64,000 bases of DNA from Trichoplax adhaerens (taxonomy: Eukaryota > Animalia > Placozoa). Positions 29,701-45,005 of this stretch are shown piece after piece. The stretch lies in assembly GCF_000150275.1 (NCBI RefSeq), contig NW_002060950.1:1600106-1664105 (forward strand), written 5' to 3'. The translations under genes and the position numbers were made by a program. The notes below the pieces were generated by a model. That model saw only the letters and a program-made list of their open reading frames with translations, was not told the origin of the DNA and did not search any database. The stretch's first letter is position 1, and every line of letters starts with the position of its first letter.

Positions 29701-30875
29701 ATATTTTACTTATCCTAAGTAAGCCAAATCACCAAGTAATAAATAAATTCTACAATTTGTGCATTCATGAGCCGATAGTACAAACGTTAATTTATACGGC
29801 ACATATCCATACTTTCATAAATATAAAATCAATCAAGAATGCTGTAATAAATGGGCTTAGAATGTATAAAAGAGATGAATTTCTAGAATACAACATGATC
29901 ACCATAAATATATATCATTTATACCATCTTGTCACTGGTAACACAAGAGAACAGAGTCATTCATAGAGTAGAAATAAATCTATTGGTCATACTAACATTA
30001 TTCAGCATTATTAATAAATCTTCTTTCAATGTTATTAATCGACTGGATTATAAAGTGATCGTCCAACCAATTATTTATAAATCAGAAGTTATAAACTTAT
30101 TCAATAAAATGATTAATTCCATTTAGTTTATAACTCAACGATATCAACGATGAACTATTATCTATACGAGTATCAATATCTTTATATGTAACAAATAATG
30201 GATTTAATCCTTGGTAACTAAGGAGTTTATCGATAAATTAATTTAGTGGATCTATTAATGCAATTAAATTCATTCCTCTACTCATTCTAAACTTACTAAA
30301 TCTTTATGAATACTTTCAGTAGTAATGTTATTTCATGTTTGTTGATTATTTATTTATCTAAATTTCAAATTGAATCGTATGATGTTGAAGCCATCTCTTT
30401 GCTTTATAATCGCTGTAGTAGAGTTTTCAATGATCTCTTTGCTATTTCAATGGCTCCGCTTATTTCATAAATGCTTAATAAGCTATAAATACTATGCAAT
30501 ACCGTACTCATCATAACTTTTAATACAACGATGGTCATTTCTTTTCATCGAGATGGATTTTTGGGGGAAATGTAGCTATGAGATTATCTTTGACAATGGC
30601 TCTAGTGGCGGAGACCAAAATTTGATCAATAAGTAAAACAGAAAAATAAATAATGAATGCGATCCAACTTAATTTGCCACCAACTATGTATGAAAGATAC
30701 AATTCCTATGTATTGATTTCATAAATAACTAGCCATGCCATAGTTTATCATATTTTTGCACCGGTACCATAGACGAGTATAAATCCATCGATGATGTTAA
30801 CTAATGATGCAAATTATCTTTGTAATTTATCATTGAAAAATTCTCTTATTGAACAGTGATTTTTCATAGTTGATC

Positions 30876-33800
30876 TTAATCCAAATCATAATCATCGCTG
30901 TCTCCACTACGTACCGGACTGACCGTTTCTAGTCGATAGGCATGCCAGCAATTGAACTTATGGTTATCTTCAGCTGCTTTACGTTTATAAGTAGCTTGAA
31001 AGAAGATGACATAAATGAGTGTTGCTAGAGTTAATAATCCAACCATCACCACGGTAGCCCAAGAGTAATCGCGAGGAATAATTGCAGTATCAGGAACCGA
31101 AATCATTGGAGAAGGAGAATTAGATGAACTTAACTGAGAATGATGGCATGCAGAATAAATAATTTGAGAGCTATCCAGCGGCGGACTAATGATTGGTAAA
31201 ACGATGATCATAACTACACTAATAATAGTCCTAAATGGTGATGAAGAAAAAGCATTAGTTTGACTTCCATCCATGTTGGATATAAGTTAATATCTAGCAT
31301 ATGCTGCTATAGTGCAATTTAAAAGAAACTACTGACTCTCTTTCGTTCTTTTCCTTTATGCACTTACGCTAAGAGGAATAGAACTCCCGAACTAATGACT
31401 TCGTCAACTGGATAAGAACACTCCACACATAGTTCTAGCATCATCGGGACAAGACTCATACCAAAAATGCCATAAAGCGCCGCAAAAAGGCAAAGAAGAC
31501 CTTGGCAATTACGGTATCCAGCAGACTAGTTCATTTATCATGAAATACGGGTATATAAGAATCCAGGAATTTTGATCATGAAAAAGTAAATAGGTAATAA
31601 ATTCAATCAAAGCTCAGACATAAACCATCTTTAGTACAATGTTTTGGAAAATTTTAAACATCCTATCTAATGTAATAGATCAGCACAGTTACCATAAAGA
31701 AACCAATCAGCGATAAGTTTGCCAAGGATAGAAAGACTTTGGATATTACTTCAAAATGATTAATACTTCGGATAAAGAAAAGGATAATAACTGCAGCAAT
31801 AAATCCACACATAGTCATAATGACAATGCAAAGGCCAGCAAAATCCTTTAAAAATTGAAATAAATTTTTTAATGACGAAAACATTAATAGCAGAGTTGAA
31901 GTAGCATACAGTGAAAGCTATAATTACGTCTGGGTAACCAGTAGGACATAAAATTTGTTCTATTAAAACGCCGACAGTACCCAAGACTGCAAAATGAGTA
32001 GCTACAGTAATAGCCAGGAGCTGATAGGAGCTGTCTGATTTCAGCTAATATTTATTAAATGATATGAAATAGATGGATAAAATAAGTTCAGAATAATTGA
32101 AAATTGGCTGCATGATATGAATTCGTAGATCTATTTTTTATAGAAACTTTGCTACATCTAGTAATATTGTGCTAGATCATAGAATCATACACTGTAACAT
32201 ATACAGAATCAGTCTTACTAAATTGGTAATGCATTTCCAGGTACTCTCAGGATTCTCATCTAACATCATGATAAATGATGGGGCATTTGGGGGTTTACTA
32301 TATTTCATTCCAATTGTAGCCATTAAAGTAGCAGCAGCGACAGGAATGAGGTTAATAATTAGCTATACATAGGAATTCAGAGAAAAGGAAATTAACAATA
32401 TAAAACGACAAGCGAAATCCCATGTAACAATCTATCTAGAAGACTGTAGGGTTAGTTGCTTCAAGAAAATTACTAAATGATGTTTAATTTAGCTATAATA
32501 ACCTGTAAATATGAACTACATAGATTGCCCATATACTAAAGGATAGGAAATGTGTATGTCGTTGCATTCACTGATCCTAATTGTAAAGACTCGACTAGAG
32601 GCATTAGACTTACTAAAATCGGCATCTTAAGGTAGTTGTGATTAGTTATAGCTGGTGATAAAACGCTCGATACCATCATTCCTAAAGTCACACCTAGATG
32701 ATAAAAAATATTCATTATCAAGCCTCAATATTAAGAGCACTTTCAACGATTGCATGATATAGGAAATCGATTTAAATTACATAATAATTAAAGGCTCTCG
32801 ATTATTATGCAGTGGATACTCGTATAGTTTAGTAGGTCTATTATACCTAGTGTAGCAATGGTGTTAGCAAGTATTCTTTCTTCATCAGGAAACCATACTG
32901 CTGCCATTTTAGTGGTAGTAGCTAAAATAACAGGCTGACCTAGGGCAATCAAGCCCTGCCCGATAAATAATGTTGGTATACGACCGGCTGCGGGTACATA
33001 AGCGCTCAATACTCGAATACTTGCACCCAGAAGTGTTACCCAACCGTTGACGACGATCTAGAAGAAATTGTAGTCAATAATGAATTAAATCAATGTTATA
33101 ATATTCAATCTATTACCAATGGTAGAATAGATCACTTTACTAAACTATTTCAACGTCAAAGCATTATCTAACTCGTTGCATCCAACTCCAAAAGCTGTAC
33201 GAAAAATTACACGTCTTGCAGATGCTATCGCTAAATACGACACAGTACATTTATATTAATTTATGCCATGTTAGGCCATAGTGCTGCATCTAACCGATGT
33301 GATGTGATTGTTGATTGTTGTTAGATGTTAGCCGATATTAGATTGTTGATGATATATATCCAATTAATTGTCTCACAACTACACAACTATACATTAATTA
33401 CATATACGAATGTCCATTCTAATAACCTTATTTTCTAAAGAGAATAAATATCTTTTAAACTATCTATGAAATAAACCAATGCCGTCTATTTTATTATCGT
33501 CAATTTAAAGATTTTAAAATCTTTTTCTTGAAAATAACGAGTAAGAAAAGGACAGCCCATGTTTTTTCAACTCTTTGAGCTGTTAGGAATTTTAGTTGAA
33601 TCATAACCTCTCGATATAATAAAAAATGAAACTATTTCAATTGAATGAAATTACTGTGTACTTAAAAGTCGTGATGGATGATTTCATCGTTCCGTAATAA
33701 TTTCAATTGTAAATATACTGTAAATTTTAACTCTAATTGTATAAAGATATTAGACGTAGAATATTTTAAATATAAATATAGGACTATAAAGAGAATGCTT

Positions 33801-35386
33801 TCTAGTATGAAATTATCATTGATACCTAGAAATTTACTAGTACCACAAAGATAGTTAGACGTAGTATGTTTAAAATCAAGTATAGCGCCCTTTATAAGGA
33901 GGTATCTTAGCATGAATAATTAATTATTATTGATACTTAGAAATTGATGCAGTACTGTATATTCTAAAATGAGTATAAGATTGTTACAAGAATACATCTT
34001 AGTATGACATAATCATTATTGATACCTAGAAATTTTCGAAGTCTAGTGGCATAACGATAGTTAGACGTTGTATATTTTAAATTGAATTTAGAACCATTAC
34101 AATATACTATCTTAGTATGAAATAATTATTATTGCTACCTAGAAAATTCTCGACTCTAAAGATATAAAGATAGTTAAATCTAGTCCATTTTAACGGCATA
34201 TTGAACCGTTATAAGAATATATATTTTAATATGAAATAATAATTATGCTGCCTAGAAATTTCCTAATACTAGTTATATCCAAGGCGATCGTTAGAGATAT
34301 AGTACATTTTAAATTGGGTATTTATAAGAACATCTCTTAGCATGAAATAACTGCTATTGATACCTAGAAAGTAAGCCTAACATTGGCATAATTGCATGCC
34401 AATATTAACGGATGCTATCTCATTTTGTTTTATTTTTACGTCCTTAACCTAAGCTGTCTACAGTAATCTTAAGGATACTCAGTATTAACTCTAAGAAAAT
34501 TAGAACTTATACTATTGTCATCTACTTATAACTGTAAACATCTACTGACATCTTGTCAGTAAAATATTTGGCTTAGTTTTTAGATACTGTTCATTCATTA
34601 CTGATATAGGTCAATGCAAAGTTTAATATATTCTAGACAAATGCAACCACTTTTATCTCCAGCAATTGTAGCTCTAAATAACATGCAGCTATCTAAATCG
34701 AGAAAAGAAACAATCAACATGGCGACTTACCCCTACTCGAAGGCCATATTTATCCAATAACCAGATGGAGATTGGACCTACAATGACAAATCCTAGCAAA
34801 ACTACGATGGAGAGCCAATTGACGTCTGATAATGAAATCTTGTAATATAGCGCTGTTGAATCAGCAATCATAGCAAAAGTATAATACAGCTGGAAAAAAA
34901 TAGGAGTCGAAATTTTAGCAAAAACAGGATTGCTACCCATTGAAATTCTCTTATTTCTTTATAGCTGTATCTACATTAATATAACTATCTTCATTCCGAG
35001 TAAGATGATAAAGTCATTTACTTTACTATGAATCGTTGGTCAAGATATAAAATCATATACTGAACAAGCTAATCGATAATGTGATGGCTTTAAGTCATGA
35101 CTGGTGGTGATAAAAATTCAATTTTAAAGCGAGTTCAACATGATATATTACTTACCATGGCGTTGCATAGATTTAAAAAGGTAATGGTGGCTAAAATAAA
35201 CCAGCGGTTAGGATGCACTTCTGGCACAGGATGAAGCCGTATCATTCCATAGACCGAATCGGAAGCACGATCGATAAAAGTTCCGCTATCGCTAACGGTA
35301 TTTTTCTCATATTTCTCCTCGTTATTTCCATAATTCATCATTAAATTGATATTTTCGTCATTCTTTGGAATCACGTTATTTGCCAT
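30876..35386 (-). CDS. Major facilitator superfamily transporter, SLC49A3/MFSD7 (FLVCR-related)-like; multi-exon
   Basis: HPNRWFILATITFLNLCNAM; VNWLSIV...WLLDKYGLR; GQGLIALGQP...TTKMAAVWFPDEERILANTIA; IEQILCPTGY; LELCVECSYPVDE; C-terminal F..TYKRKAAE. The motif order matches the SLC49 family and the boundaries are GT-AG. Confidence 0.85.
33740..34370. repeat. Intronic degenerate tandem repeat, ~90-115-nt unit, about 6 copies
   Basis: Variants of ATTATTGATACCTAGAAA at ~33815, 33928, 34015, 34128, 34243 and 34354; GATAGTTAGACGT recurs. Confidence 0.8.
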
Positions 35387-38300
35387 AGTAAATTGGAGCA
35401 GTTCAGTGTATTAGCGTAAGAAAAAACTGCAAATTGAAACTAACTCAATGATCAACACAGTCTAATCGTCAAGTAGAGACCTGTTCAAAATAGAAATAAA
35501 ATAATCTTAGCAATTTTTTTCCATTTTCTTCCGCCATGACTCATTCTTCTGATAATTTACATATTGAACTTTGGAATAAAATAATTAGTAGTACAAATTA
35601 AAATTCATAATTTTGCTCCTAACATCAAATTGAGCTGTTGATCCCTTCCTACTTTAATGATGACAGAATTATTCTTTTACAATTTAAAATTAGTCTATCT
35701 AGCCCAGGCATAATGGATTAATTAATGCAGTGTAGAACAACGAATAGGCAGAGGAATGTTGTATTTTTATCATCGAAAGAATGATGCTGCACTATAAAAT
35801 TCGTTATATTGCAGCAGGATAGAAGCTAGAGAATAATAAAATGAGAGTGCGATTTGCAACCGTTTATTAATTGAAAAGATGAGAAAAATCGATGAACCGG
35901 AAAGAATTTGCTTTTAGAATAGTACTTGTTAGAGACTGATCTAGAGATGGATCTTAGGGTACATTAAATTTTGACATGGCAATCACAACATGATGAGAAA
36001 ATGAAACTGCTTATTTTTTTATTTCGATTATCCAATTTATGTTTGTAATCAGACTAACAAATCGATAGATTACTACGTAAAGCCATCACTATGAATAGAG
36101 TTAACAAGTAATGCAAGCAACGGGCACCCTAGTGAAAATTAAAGCGGACGAAAATGAAGAATAAACGCTTTGATTGCTTCCAAACCTGTCAATAAAGTCT
36201 TTTATACCATAGATGACGACTTGCTAGGGTTTCAATTTTCAATCAGTAATCCGCTTTCATGATACCAAATGGAAAACAGTATAAGTACGAGTAGAAACTA
36301 CAAATTCAGCTGTGGTTTTAATCCTTTTTTGTTAAGATTTACTCTATCTTTCGAGGAAAAAGTAATCTTGGTGTGATTTAAAGCAAGTGTTGACGTATAG
36401 CTAATATTGAAATCATATGATACAACACCATGATTCCAGTGAAAATGGAAGAGTTTGTCCCCTAAGTTGATGTTTGGATAATCTAATTAAACCATTTTAA
36501 GCGTCACTAATATTATTGATTATAAAGAATAAGAGACTAGCCATTAATGCTGTGTCATGTAATCATTTGGATGCCAAAGAAATGGGTCAGCAAGAAATCG
36601 ATTTTATCGACAAGTAATTAATTAATAATATTATGAATTTCAATAGCGTAAATAGGTACACCCCTACGTTATACAAGTATAAAGGTGATTATTTCCGCTA
36701 TGAAAAGATTAATTGATTGATTGACGATAGGGTACAATTTAGCAGCAGGGAGAAAAGCAAGATGAACGATTGACATCCATCCATTAGGCATGGATTACTG
36801 GAAATATGACAGTTTTAGTAATCCAAGTTTTCAATCAGATCGAGATACATAACTTTCCCCAGTATATAAAATAGCACGAGATCTAAAAGCGATACGTAGG
36901 TCACTGCTAATAAGTTACTTTATACTATAGCTAATGTCAATTTAATTGCACACCTTCCTAAATTAATGCTAGTTTATTGTAGTGCCACCTGGCTTTTAAA
37001 AATTGTTTTTCATAGAATCTTGGACAAGTCTCTGCCTTCCATTATGCAATGATGACGGTAAAGAAAAAGTTTCAGCTGGCTCTTTCATCTTCACTTACGA
37101 AGAGCTTTGCAAAGATCTTAGGTGCTTTCGGTAGATTAAAGCTTGTATACGATTGCTATTTTTAATATACTTTCTGCTCTTACGAAACTGTCTACTAAAG
37201 TAGATACTGGCCAGTTTAGATGATAGTGGGCCTGCCATATACTACAAGAACAACAATTAGCATAGTTGCTGCAGTTGTTGATATTCTGCAGTAGAAATTG
37301 GCGATCGTTGTTGACCTCATTATGATGATTCTAGTTTATCCTAAGTGGATCAAACTGACAAGACTTCTATTCTAGTCATGATTTACTTTAGAATTAGAAA
37401 GCAGCAGCTGGTGATTTTTTTTTCTCTCTATCTCTGTTAAGGTTTTAGTTAAAAATAATCAACGCTAAATTTGTTATTATTACGGCATATTATGCTCGAT
37501 CATCAATAAAAAATAAATAACTATTTGGAGAGTCAAAAATATAAGCTATATTTTGCGACGTTGTTCAGTTGAAGTACTAACCTGAAGAAGTTTACATGGT
37601 AGCTAATGTACAGCAAAAGGATTCAATATCTTGCTCATCAATCTCAACTCTCAAATCGTTAAAAATTTGGATTATAAATAGATCTAACTATTGCAGTATT
37701 TCAAATAGCCATGAGCTTGATGGTGTTTTAACCTATTATCGAAGTAGGTGGGTATGTTTTGATAGTGATAGAGGCTTAAAATATGGTCGGTTAAACAGAT
37801 TGAATAATTAATTAACCACCTGTTTTTTCTCTTCATTCATTACCTACTGGAATTTATTTAAATAAATTAAATGAGGCAGGAATCTATCGAAAAATCTGCT
37901 TTGATTATTTGAAACCGGAGAGTCGACAGCCCGAAATCATACGAAAATATTTACTTCTAATAAAAGAAGTGGGCGAATTATTTTTCATTCCATGCTCTGT
38001 ATTAAACCATAGCCAAGCTGTTACATCTTATTGTGTATCTTTGCTGCCACTTGAAAACGTTCAAATCTGTTTTAGATAGTACCATTGATAGTTTTGATCG
38101 TTTTATTGACTTTAAATACTCCGTTCATAGTGTTAGAGCCATAAGTAGGCCAGACCTGTTACCAGTTGGAAGAATATGTTCTGTTTTTATGGCCCATCAA
38201 GACATTATAATTATAGGTGGGATCTGATGTAACCTTCTAGATCATCAGATATGGTTTAAAATGGTAAAATGAATTTATATCATGTTGGCGATAACCCTAT

Positions 38301-39292
38301 GTAGTATAAGAGGGAAATTGATGTACTTATGCTTCTATTATACGTAGTATAAATTTGATGTTAACTTACTGGTCAACATAGGTATACGTGAAGTCTTTTA
38401 CCACAGTTCTTGTGAATTAAGAAAGGCTTTCATATCTAACCACGTCTTGAATGTCCTTACATTCCTTACTACTTTCATAATTTTTATCCATGGCCCAAAC
38501 CACCATGATATACTATAGCTTATATTATATCCTACAACTTATTCTTGACAGGCACTTCATTGCAAAGTGCGGCTGACTTTTACGCCATCTCCAAAAGCTG
38601 TTACCATTATCAGAGATGTTATTGCTGTTAAGCAATATTATTTCACGCCAGTTTAGATGCTGATCTCTCTTAACGTAACTTCCTCTTCCCTTTACGATCC
38701 TTACTTTTGAAAGAAAGAGTAGCATTATTTTCCCAATTCAATTCCATAGGTAAAGTTAATGATGGCAACTAAATCTAATATTGTCGATAATAATTCGATC
38801 CTCAGAAGCATGGAGTATTTTATAGATTGTGTAATCATAAATAACCGAATCATTCTCTTTGATAGGAATATAAGTAAAGCGAGGAAATTTTCGGGTGCAA
38901 AGAAGGAATCCTATCATCCACGATACGATGTAACCTAGTTCTAGATAGCACGTATTCCCTTCCCCTAAAATATTTAGTACTTTTACACATCATTTAATCA
39001 TCCATAACGATTCATGAATAGTTAAAAGAATGATGAGCCAATATATGAAATTATACGTATTAAATATAAGAATGGAACTCATAGCCTAATCATAGGATTT
39101 CACCAGATAATCCTTAAAGTTTAATATCAACTTATGATATTATACTACAGGTTGAACAGTATAGCATACGTTTAAGAAATGAAATGATTTTACTAGGTAG
39201 AAATCTCGCACACAAACATACAAGATATTTCATTATGCAATCTTTACTACTATAAGGATCATTTAGTATGAGTATTCATTGCTAGCTGATCT

Positions 39293-39585
39293 NNNNNNNN
39301 NNNNNNNNNNNNNNNNNNNNNNNNNNNNNNNNNNNNNNNNNNNNNNNNNNNNNNNNNNNNNNNNNNNNNNNNNNNNNNNNNNNNNNNNNNNNNNNNNNNN
39401 NNNNNNNNNNNNNNNNNNNNNNNNNNNNNNNNNNNNNNNNNNNNNNNNNNNNNNNNNNNNNNNNNNNNNNNNNNNNNNNNNNNNNNNNNNNNNNNNNNNN
39501 NNNNNNNNNNNNNNNNNNNNNNNNNNNNNNNNNNNNNNNNNNNNNNNNNNNNNNNNNNNNNNNNNNNNNNNNNNNNNNNNNNNNN
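39293..39585. other. Assembly gap (293 N)
   Basis: Run of N. Confidence 0.99.
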
Positions 39586-40035
39586 CGCTATTTGGCTATT
39601 GTTGCTCAACCAAGATAGATATGGAAAATTTCGTATATACGTACAAAGCGCTATTATTAAGCAATCTTTGTTACTATCAGCACTGCATAATGTTCATTGC
39701 TAGCCGATCTCACCAATTTAGCTAGCCATTTTTGTATTCTGAGCACTAATATGTTCATTTTAGATATCTTATTTCAAAATGATCTCGTGCACTTAGCTAT
39801 ATGTTGCTCAACCAAAATGCGTCAGGAAATTTTAAGCGTATATACATGTACATTAGCCAACTTTAGCGACTATGAACATTAAGTAATGTGCATCTTCATT
39901 TCTAGCTGATCTCGTGCACATAGCTATTTGTTGCTTAATCAAGATGCATTAAGAAATTCTATTCATATATGCAGGTAAATTAGCTAATTTTTGCTACTAT
40001 ATGCACTAATACTCACTGTTAGCTAATCTTACCCA
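39586..40035. repeat. Degenerate repeat flanking the gap, probably the cause of the gap
   Basis: GCTAT.TGTTGCT.AA.CAA.AT and TTCATT.CTAGC.GATCT recur here and immediately left of the gap (39275-39292). Confidence 0.65.
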
Positions 40036-41597
40036 TCAGTTGTCAATAATTATAATAGATTGTGGAATATATTCTCTTGCTATATTAAACAGATCATTAA
40101 GTAATCTTATAAATTTCATATAATACAAAAATATAATGCATGATGATCATGAACCTTTCTTATCAACATAAACCTCGCTAAAGTACCAATGTTAACCTAT
40201 ACAGTAATTCTTGACAGGTATCATTAGGAAGTAAAGATTTAAAACTATATACCATGTAGAGCGACTGTAATCATGGATAAAAACTGGCTTTATTGTATTG
40301 TAGCAATTTAAAAATAATGTACTCATACTTTACACCCATGAGATGATTGTAATAGTGATTGAAATTTCTCGAAAGTTTAATAACGCCGTAAATGATATGA
40401 TTAATTGTTTATTAAGTATTTACCGTTGTAGTAAAGGACTGCCTACGAAATCCGTAGTTATGTTGATAATATTTTCTATATTTTGATTAATTATAGATAA
40501 CTGTAGCTTTCAGTACTTTGCCGATAATTTAGAATTATTAATGTTACATTGTATATCATTTCATTGATCTAGAAAAGACCATAATTGCCCATTCCTAACA
40601 AATCTAGGTGATATTTTTTAACGGAATAATTTGGGTAATGGATTAGCTGTATTCTGACAGTAGATTGGCATATGATGTAAAAATTCTCTTTGAAATATAA
40701 GAAGATAGAATTTTAATTTGCAATTACTTGAATGCCTAGATCGTACATGCATCTTGCTCTTGCAGTTGGGTCTTATATTATCTAATACTGTACTAGCCAT
40801 ATCACAAATAAGAGTTTATTAGCCTAACAATTGATAATTATGGGGTTACCTAAGCTATGCGGTAATATGAAATATCTACGAATGAAATACAGTAGTAATA
40901 AATTCTATAAAGTAGGTATAGGCACGCATTCTAGGACGGGGAATACTTCTTTCCGAATTACTGTTACTCCTAGCCGATCTTAAAATGTCATGGACATATT
41001 AGCTGTAATAATGAAACTAACCTATTAGTCTATATCACAATAGTAGTCTTTTAAGTCTCTTAGGCTAGACTTTGAAGTTAAACTATCTTTTATTAACTGT
41101 TAAAATTTGTAATTATGATAACTTTAACCAGCTGAAGAAGGAAAGAATAATAACAGCATCCTATTAAATTAATAGTCTTAATACTAGATTATAAACAGTA
41201 GAAGTAGAAATTAAATCTATTATCCACTACCATACTTATAATAAGTAGATCAGAGACAAATTGCAAGTATATATTCAGTTCTATCAGAAAAGTATTAGAA
41301 TTCAGACCATAGCTTTTAAAATATAAATCAATGTTGTCGTTTCTCATTATGTTGGCTTGTACATATATTTCTTACGATAAGCAAAATCCAATTGATATTC
41401 CAATCTAAATAGCAGCATTCTATTTCCATCTATAAATAATAAAATAATTATGATGGCTTCTTAACGTAACGGTTTATAGCATGTGTAGATATTTAGACTT
41501 GATAACGCGCTATATTAACCGTGCTTAAAATGCTGATCGGTTGAAAACTATAATCCCGTAGAAAATGTGCTATACCTAGATCAGATGTGCTCCATTT

Positions 41598-42986
41598 CTA
41601 GCCATCTCTTCTGCCCCATTGTTGGATCATAATATGAAGTGTATGGTTATTTAATTCAGGCCCAATTAATGGATTCAGCTGAGCCAAAAAGACTATTAAC
41701 CAGCTATTTTTTTATTTTTCAGTAAAAGTCAAACTAGAATATTGACATATTTGATTATATACTACCTTAACAGTGTTAGTTAACGTTCTATACGCTATAA
41801 GATTCGTGTAATGCTATCATTGAATTCTCGAATCATTGTAGTAAAGGATACAACATCCATCCACAGAACGCCGCAATGACCACACATGTTTGTATCAGGC
41901 TAGAGAAAATAACAAAAATATATTCAATTCTACTGTATAGTACATATGAGTTTTCGAATTTAGATTTTATTGTATCTTCGTAAAAGTTGCTATTGGTGAT
42001 ATTAAATAATGCTAATGAATGAAAATGCAGATCATTTACTGATAATTTTTGAAGCGAAATAGTCACTTTATCTAAAATGCTTTATAGATTAGCAGATAAG
42101 TCGTAGAAGAGTTGCAATAAACAGGAAGACATATGTCACAGCAAGACATGGTAAGATGAATTCGGAAAGAGCTATTAGCTAACGCTAAATACAGATTACA
42201 CTGAAAAATTGACTACCGTAATCCATATCATCTATTTTATTGTGACTTTAGTGATTTAGAAAGAAAATTTGGATGATAACTAAAAGTTTCAACTAGTGAA
42301 AGTTCTGAGTAATGATGCTAAGCGAGTCATGGGTCGATTACAAAATTTTTAGGCATTGGAAACTAATACGCGTATTAATAACGAAACATATTACACCTTT
42401 CCTATCCTAGCTGGATTATAAGAAACTATAGAGAGACTAATTAGCTACAATGAATAAGATTTAATTTTGTATCCAAGTACTTTCTTAATTTCTCTTTACA
42501 ACTCTACTTATGGAATCAAACTTTAAAATTAGCTAACTTTGATGTTTAGGATATCCTGTATCTCTTTTACCCTGTTGCATCAATTAACAACACGATAGCA
42601 GTCGAAACAGGTCTATCTGAGAATAAAATAGATCCCCAAGTAAAGATTGGTAATTTTCTACATGTTTAAGGTCACGTTTTAGAGATTTCTCAAAGAAATA
42701 AAACATGATTTTAGTATGCAAAATCGATTTGTGTTCACTTTCATTGCTAAGCAGATAGCGTCAATTTTTAAAACAGTTTGTGTCTTCCCATTTCTCTGAC
42801 GGCATTTCTTTCTAATACCTGGAGATGATGGCGTTACAATCGATCTTGCTTAGGGCTAATAAATATTTCTGAATAGCAATTCACTTACCCGCGGTTAGTA
42901 TTTGCTTTTGGAATCAGAAATGGCACAACAGCACCTATAAACAACCAGGAAAAGGTGATGCCTAGAAATGCTGGTAAACCCGACAT
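41598..42986 (-). CDS. ATP6V0E: V-type H+-ATPase V0 subunit e, divergent paralogue a (83 aa)
   Basis: Exons 42889-42986, 41852-41899 and 41598-41703 (98/48/106 nt) splice to MSGLPAFLGITFSWLFIGAVVPFLIPKANTNRGLIQTCVVIAAFCGWMFWLIVFLAQLNPLIGPELNNHTLHIMIQQWGRRDG*. It has two TM helices and the QLNPL.GP.L family signature. Confidence 0.92.
41704..41851 (-). other. Probable U12-type GT-AG intron in ATP6V0E paralogue a
   Basis: 5' splice site GTATCCTTTA matches the U12 consensus. The branch site is degenerate (GACTTTTACT). The 3' end is A-rich with no polypyrimidine tract. Confidence 0.7.
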
Positions 42987-45005
42987 GATGTCTTGCTATT
43001 TCTTCACGCGCTTATGCCGTCTACTACAGACAGCAGTATCTTGACATCAGTCAGGAACATCAGGCAGGCTAACTTTAATTTAGAATTAATTATATATAAT
43101 TTTCATATTAGAAACTTATTATGCAGTATTCTAGTCATCCTGTTGGCATATTAGTATCAGTATGGCCATAATTTTCATTATGGTTGGATTAAAATGGGTA
43201 ACATATTGACGCTGATGACGCATGAATATGCAAATGGTTAATGCTCACTTTGGTATAGTCGATATACCGTTACTGTAGGAAATATCACGTTGCATATGTT
43301 GCTAATCGAGTAATATTCAATATTGATCACAGACTAGAATAATTTTCAGGTGTAGAAGTACGTGATAGATATCCTACTCTATACTAGTGCGTCAAAATGA
43401 AGATATTATACCTCAATCTGCCATTCTAGGTAACCATAAGGTCGTTCAAATGATGACCATCACGTGGATAGCGCAGAACATAAGGTCATCATTTGCAGTT
43501 GAAAAGTTAGATTTACTACACCATGTTCCGGATCGAATTCGATCCTATGCTACCACTACCATTGCTAATTTTTAAGTTGATTCATCAGTTATCATATTGA
43601 TGCAGTCATTTAATGAAGTATGGCATTAAGCAATAGTGCAAGGGCGTAATAAGCACTCTTGTTAAAATCTCTGTCCATGCGTCTGATAAGTTATTCGAAA
43701 ATAACTCTATTCTACAGTACAATGCTTTCCATGGTATAATATGTGAATGTATTAATCTACAGTTATGTATTACCAGATATACGAGACCTACTAAAAATAT
43801 TATAAATTAGTGTAGTGCTTTATAGATACAATACTGCGATATTTGAAATTCGAATAGTTCGTTTGCATGGGATAGCAATTCCACGCCTATTACAGCTATA
43901 GCCTAGGAATGCAGTAAATCATTATAATATGGATTACTTGGAGGTTGCAACAAATTGATTTGGCTTATACTTTACTACGATGGTTGCCCACTTTATTCTA
44001 GCAAGGGTAGTGAATACCGTACTCGATAATATATTGACATAATACGAGCCAAGTTGTTTTAATAATAAATTATTGGTAGAATATAATTTGATGGTAGGTG
44101 CTTTAAATGACGTTCAAATAATAAGCAAGTATCAAAGTCAAATTGGACTAGATATTATTGTGGCTATAGGTGATTTTCTTGCAGTATCGTTAACGCATTT
44201 ATTCTGACACAATGAAGTAGAAACAAGGAATGAAATATCAAGTTTTCAATGTACTACGAGAATCAGACATTCAAGATACTACATTGCCTTTAACAGAACT
44301 TCAAAAAATTACGTGAACTTAGTTACCGTCCGTATTTATTGTAATGTACATTAGTTTCCTTATGTCAAGATATAATATTATATATTAAATTCATTACATC
44401 AAGACATAATATGGATATATTAATAGAAGTAAGAGACATGAGTAGATTCTTATTATTGGTTTGTTTTCGCCGTACTAATAATAACAGTGAGTGAAATAGA
44501 TGTGATGCTATCACAATCATAATCTATTCCTTTATGCCGGAAGTAGATAAGTTACGGTTAAGAAGAAGGTAGAAGAACAAAACTAAAATTACATCTAATC
44601 TAACGAAGAACAGTAAAAATATTACTAGAATGGCATTACTTTCAGCTATTCATTATCAAAAATTTCATTCATGGTCAGTACTATAAGAATATTATAGCCA
44701 TGAGCTAGCAATTACTACTGATTTTATCATCATCAATACAAAGGATAAAGCAAGCATCTACATCAACCTTATCATATCATATTGTTGGTTTTGCTGTAAG
44801 GCACAGAATGATCGTAGATGCGATTTCTTATTCTATGTCGTAGCCAAATCTTATAGTCATTCTATTTATTTTACTATTTTGATGTCCAAAACTGTCAGAA
44901 TTTTCGAACGTAGTTACTCGCATCGGCATCGATGATGTCCATTATTCTATAGAATATTCATTTGATTTGGAATTACTTCAACAAGATGGAAAAGATGACT
45001 GGCTA

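Noticed and set aside
39259-39725. Two ORFs of 116 and 148 aa
   Set aside because: Artefacts of reading through the N gap.
35500-41500. Possible unannotated gene in the interval between the MFS gene and ATP6V0E
   Set aside because: Only short ORFs with no recognisable motifs or consistent exon chain; may hold a 5' UTR exon of the MFS gene but this cannot be supported.
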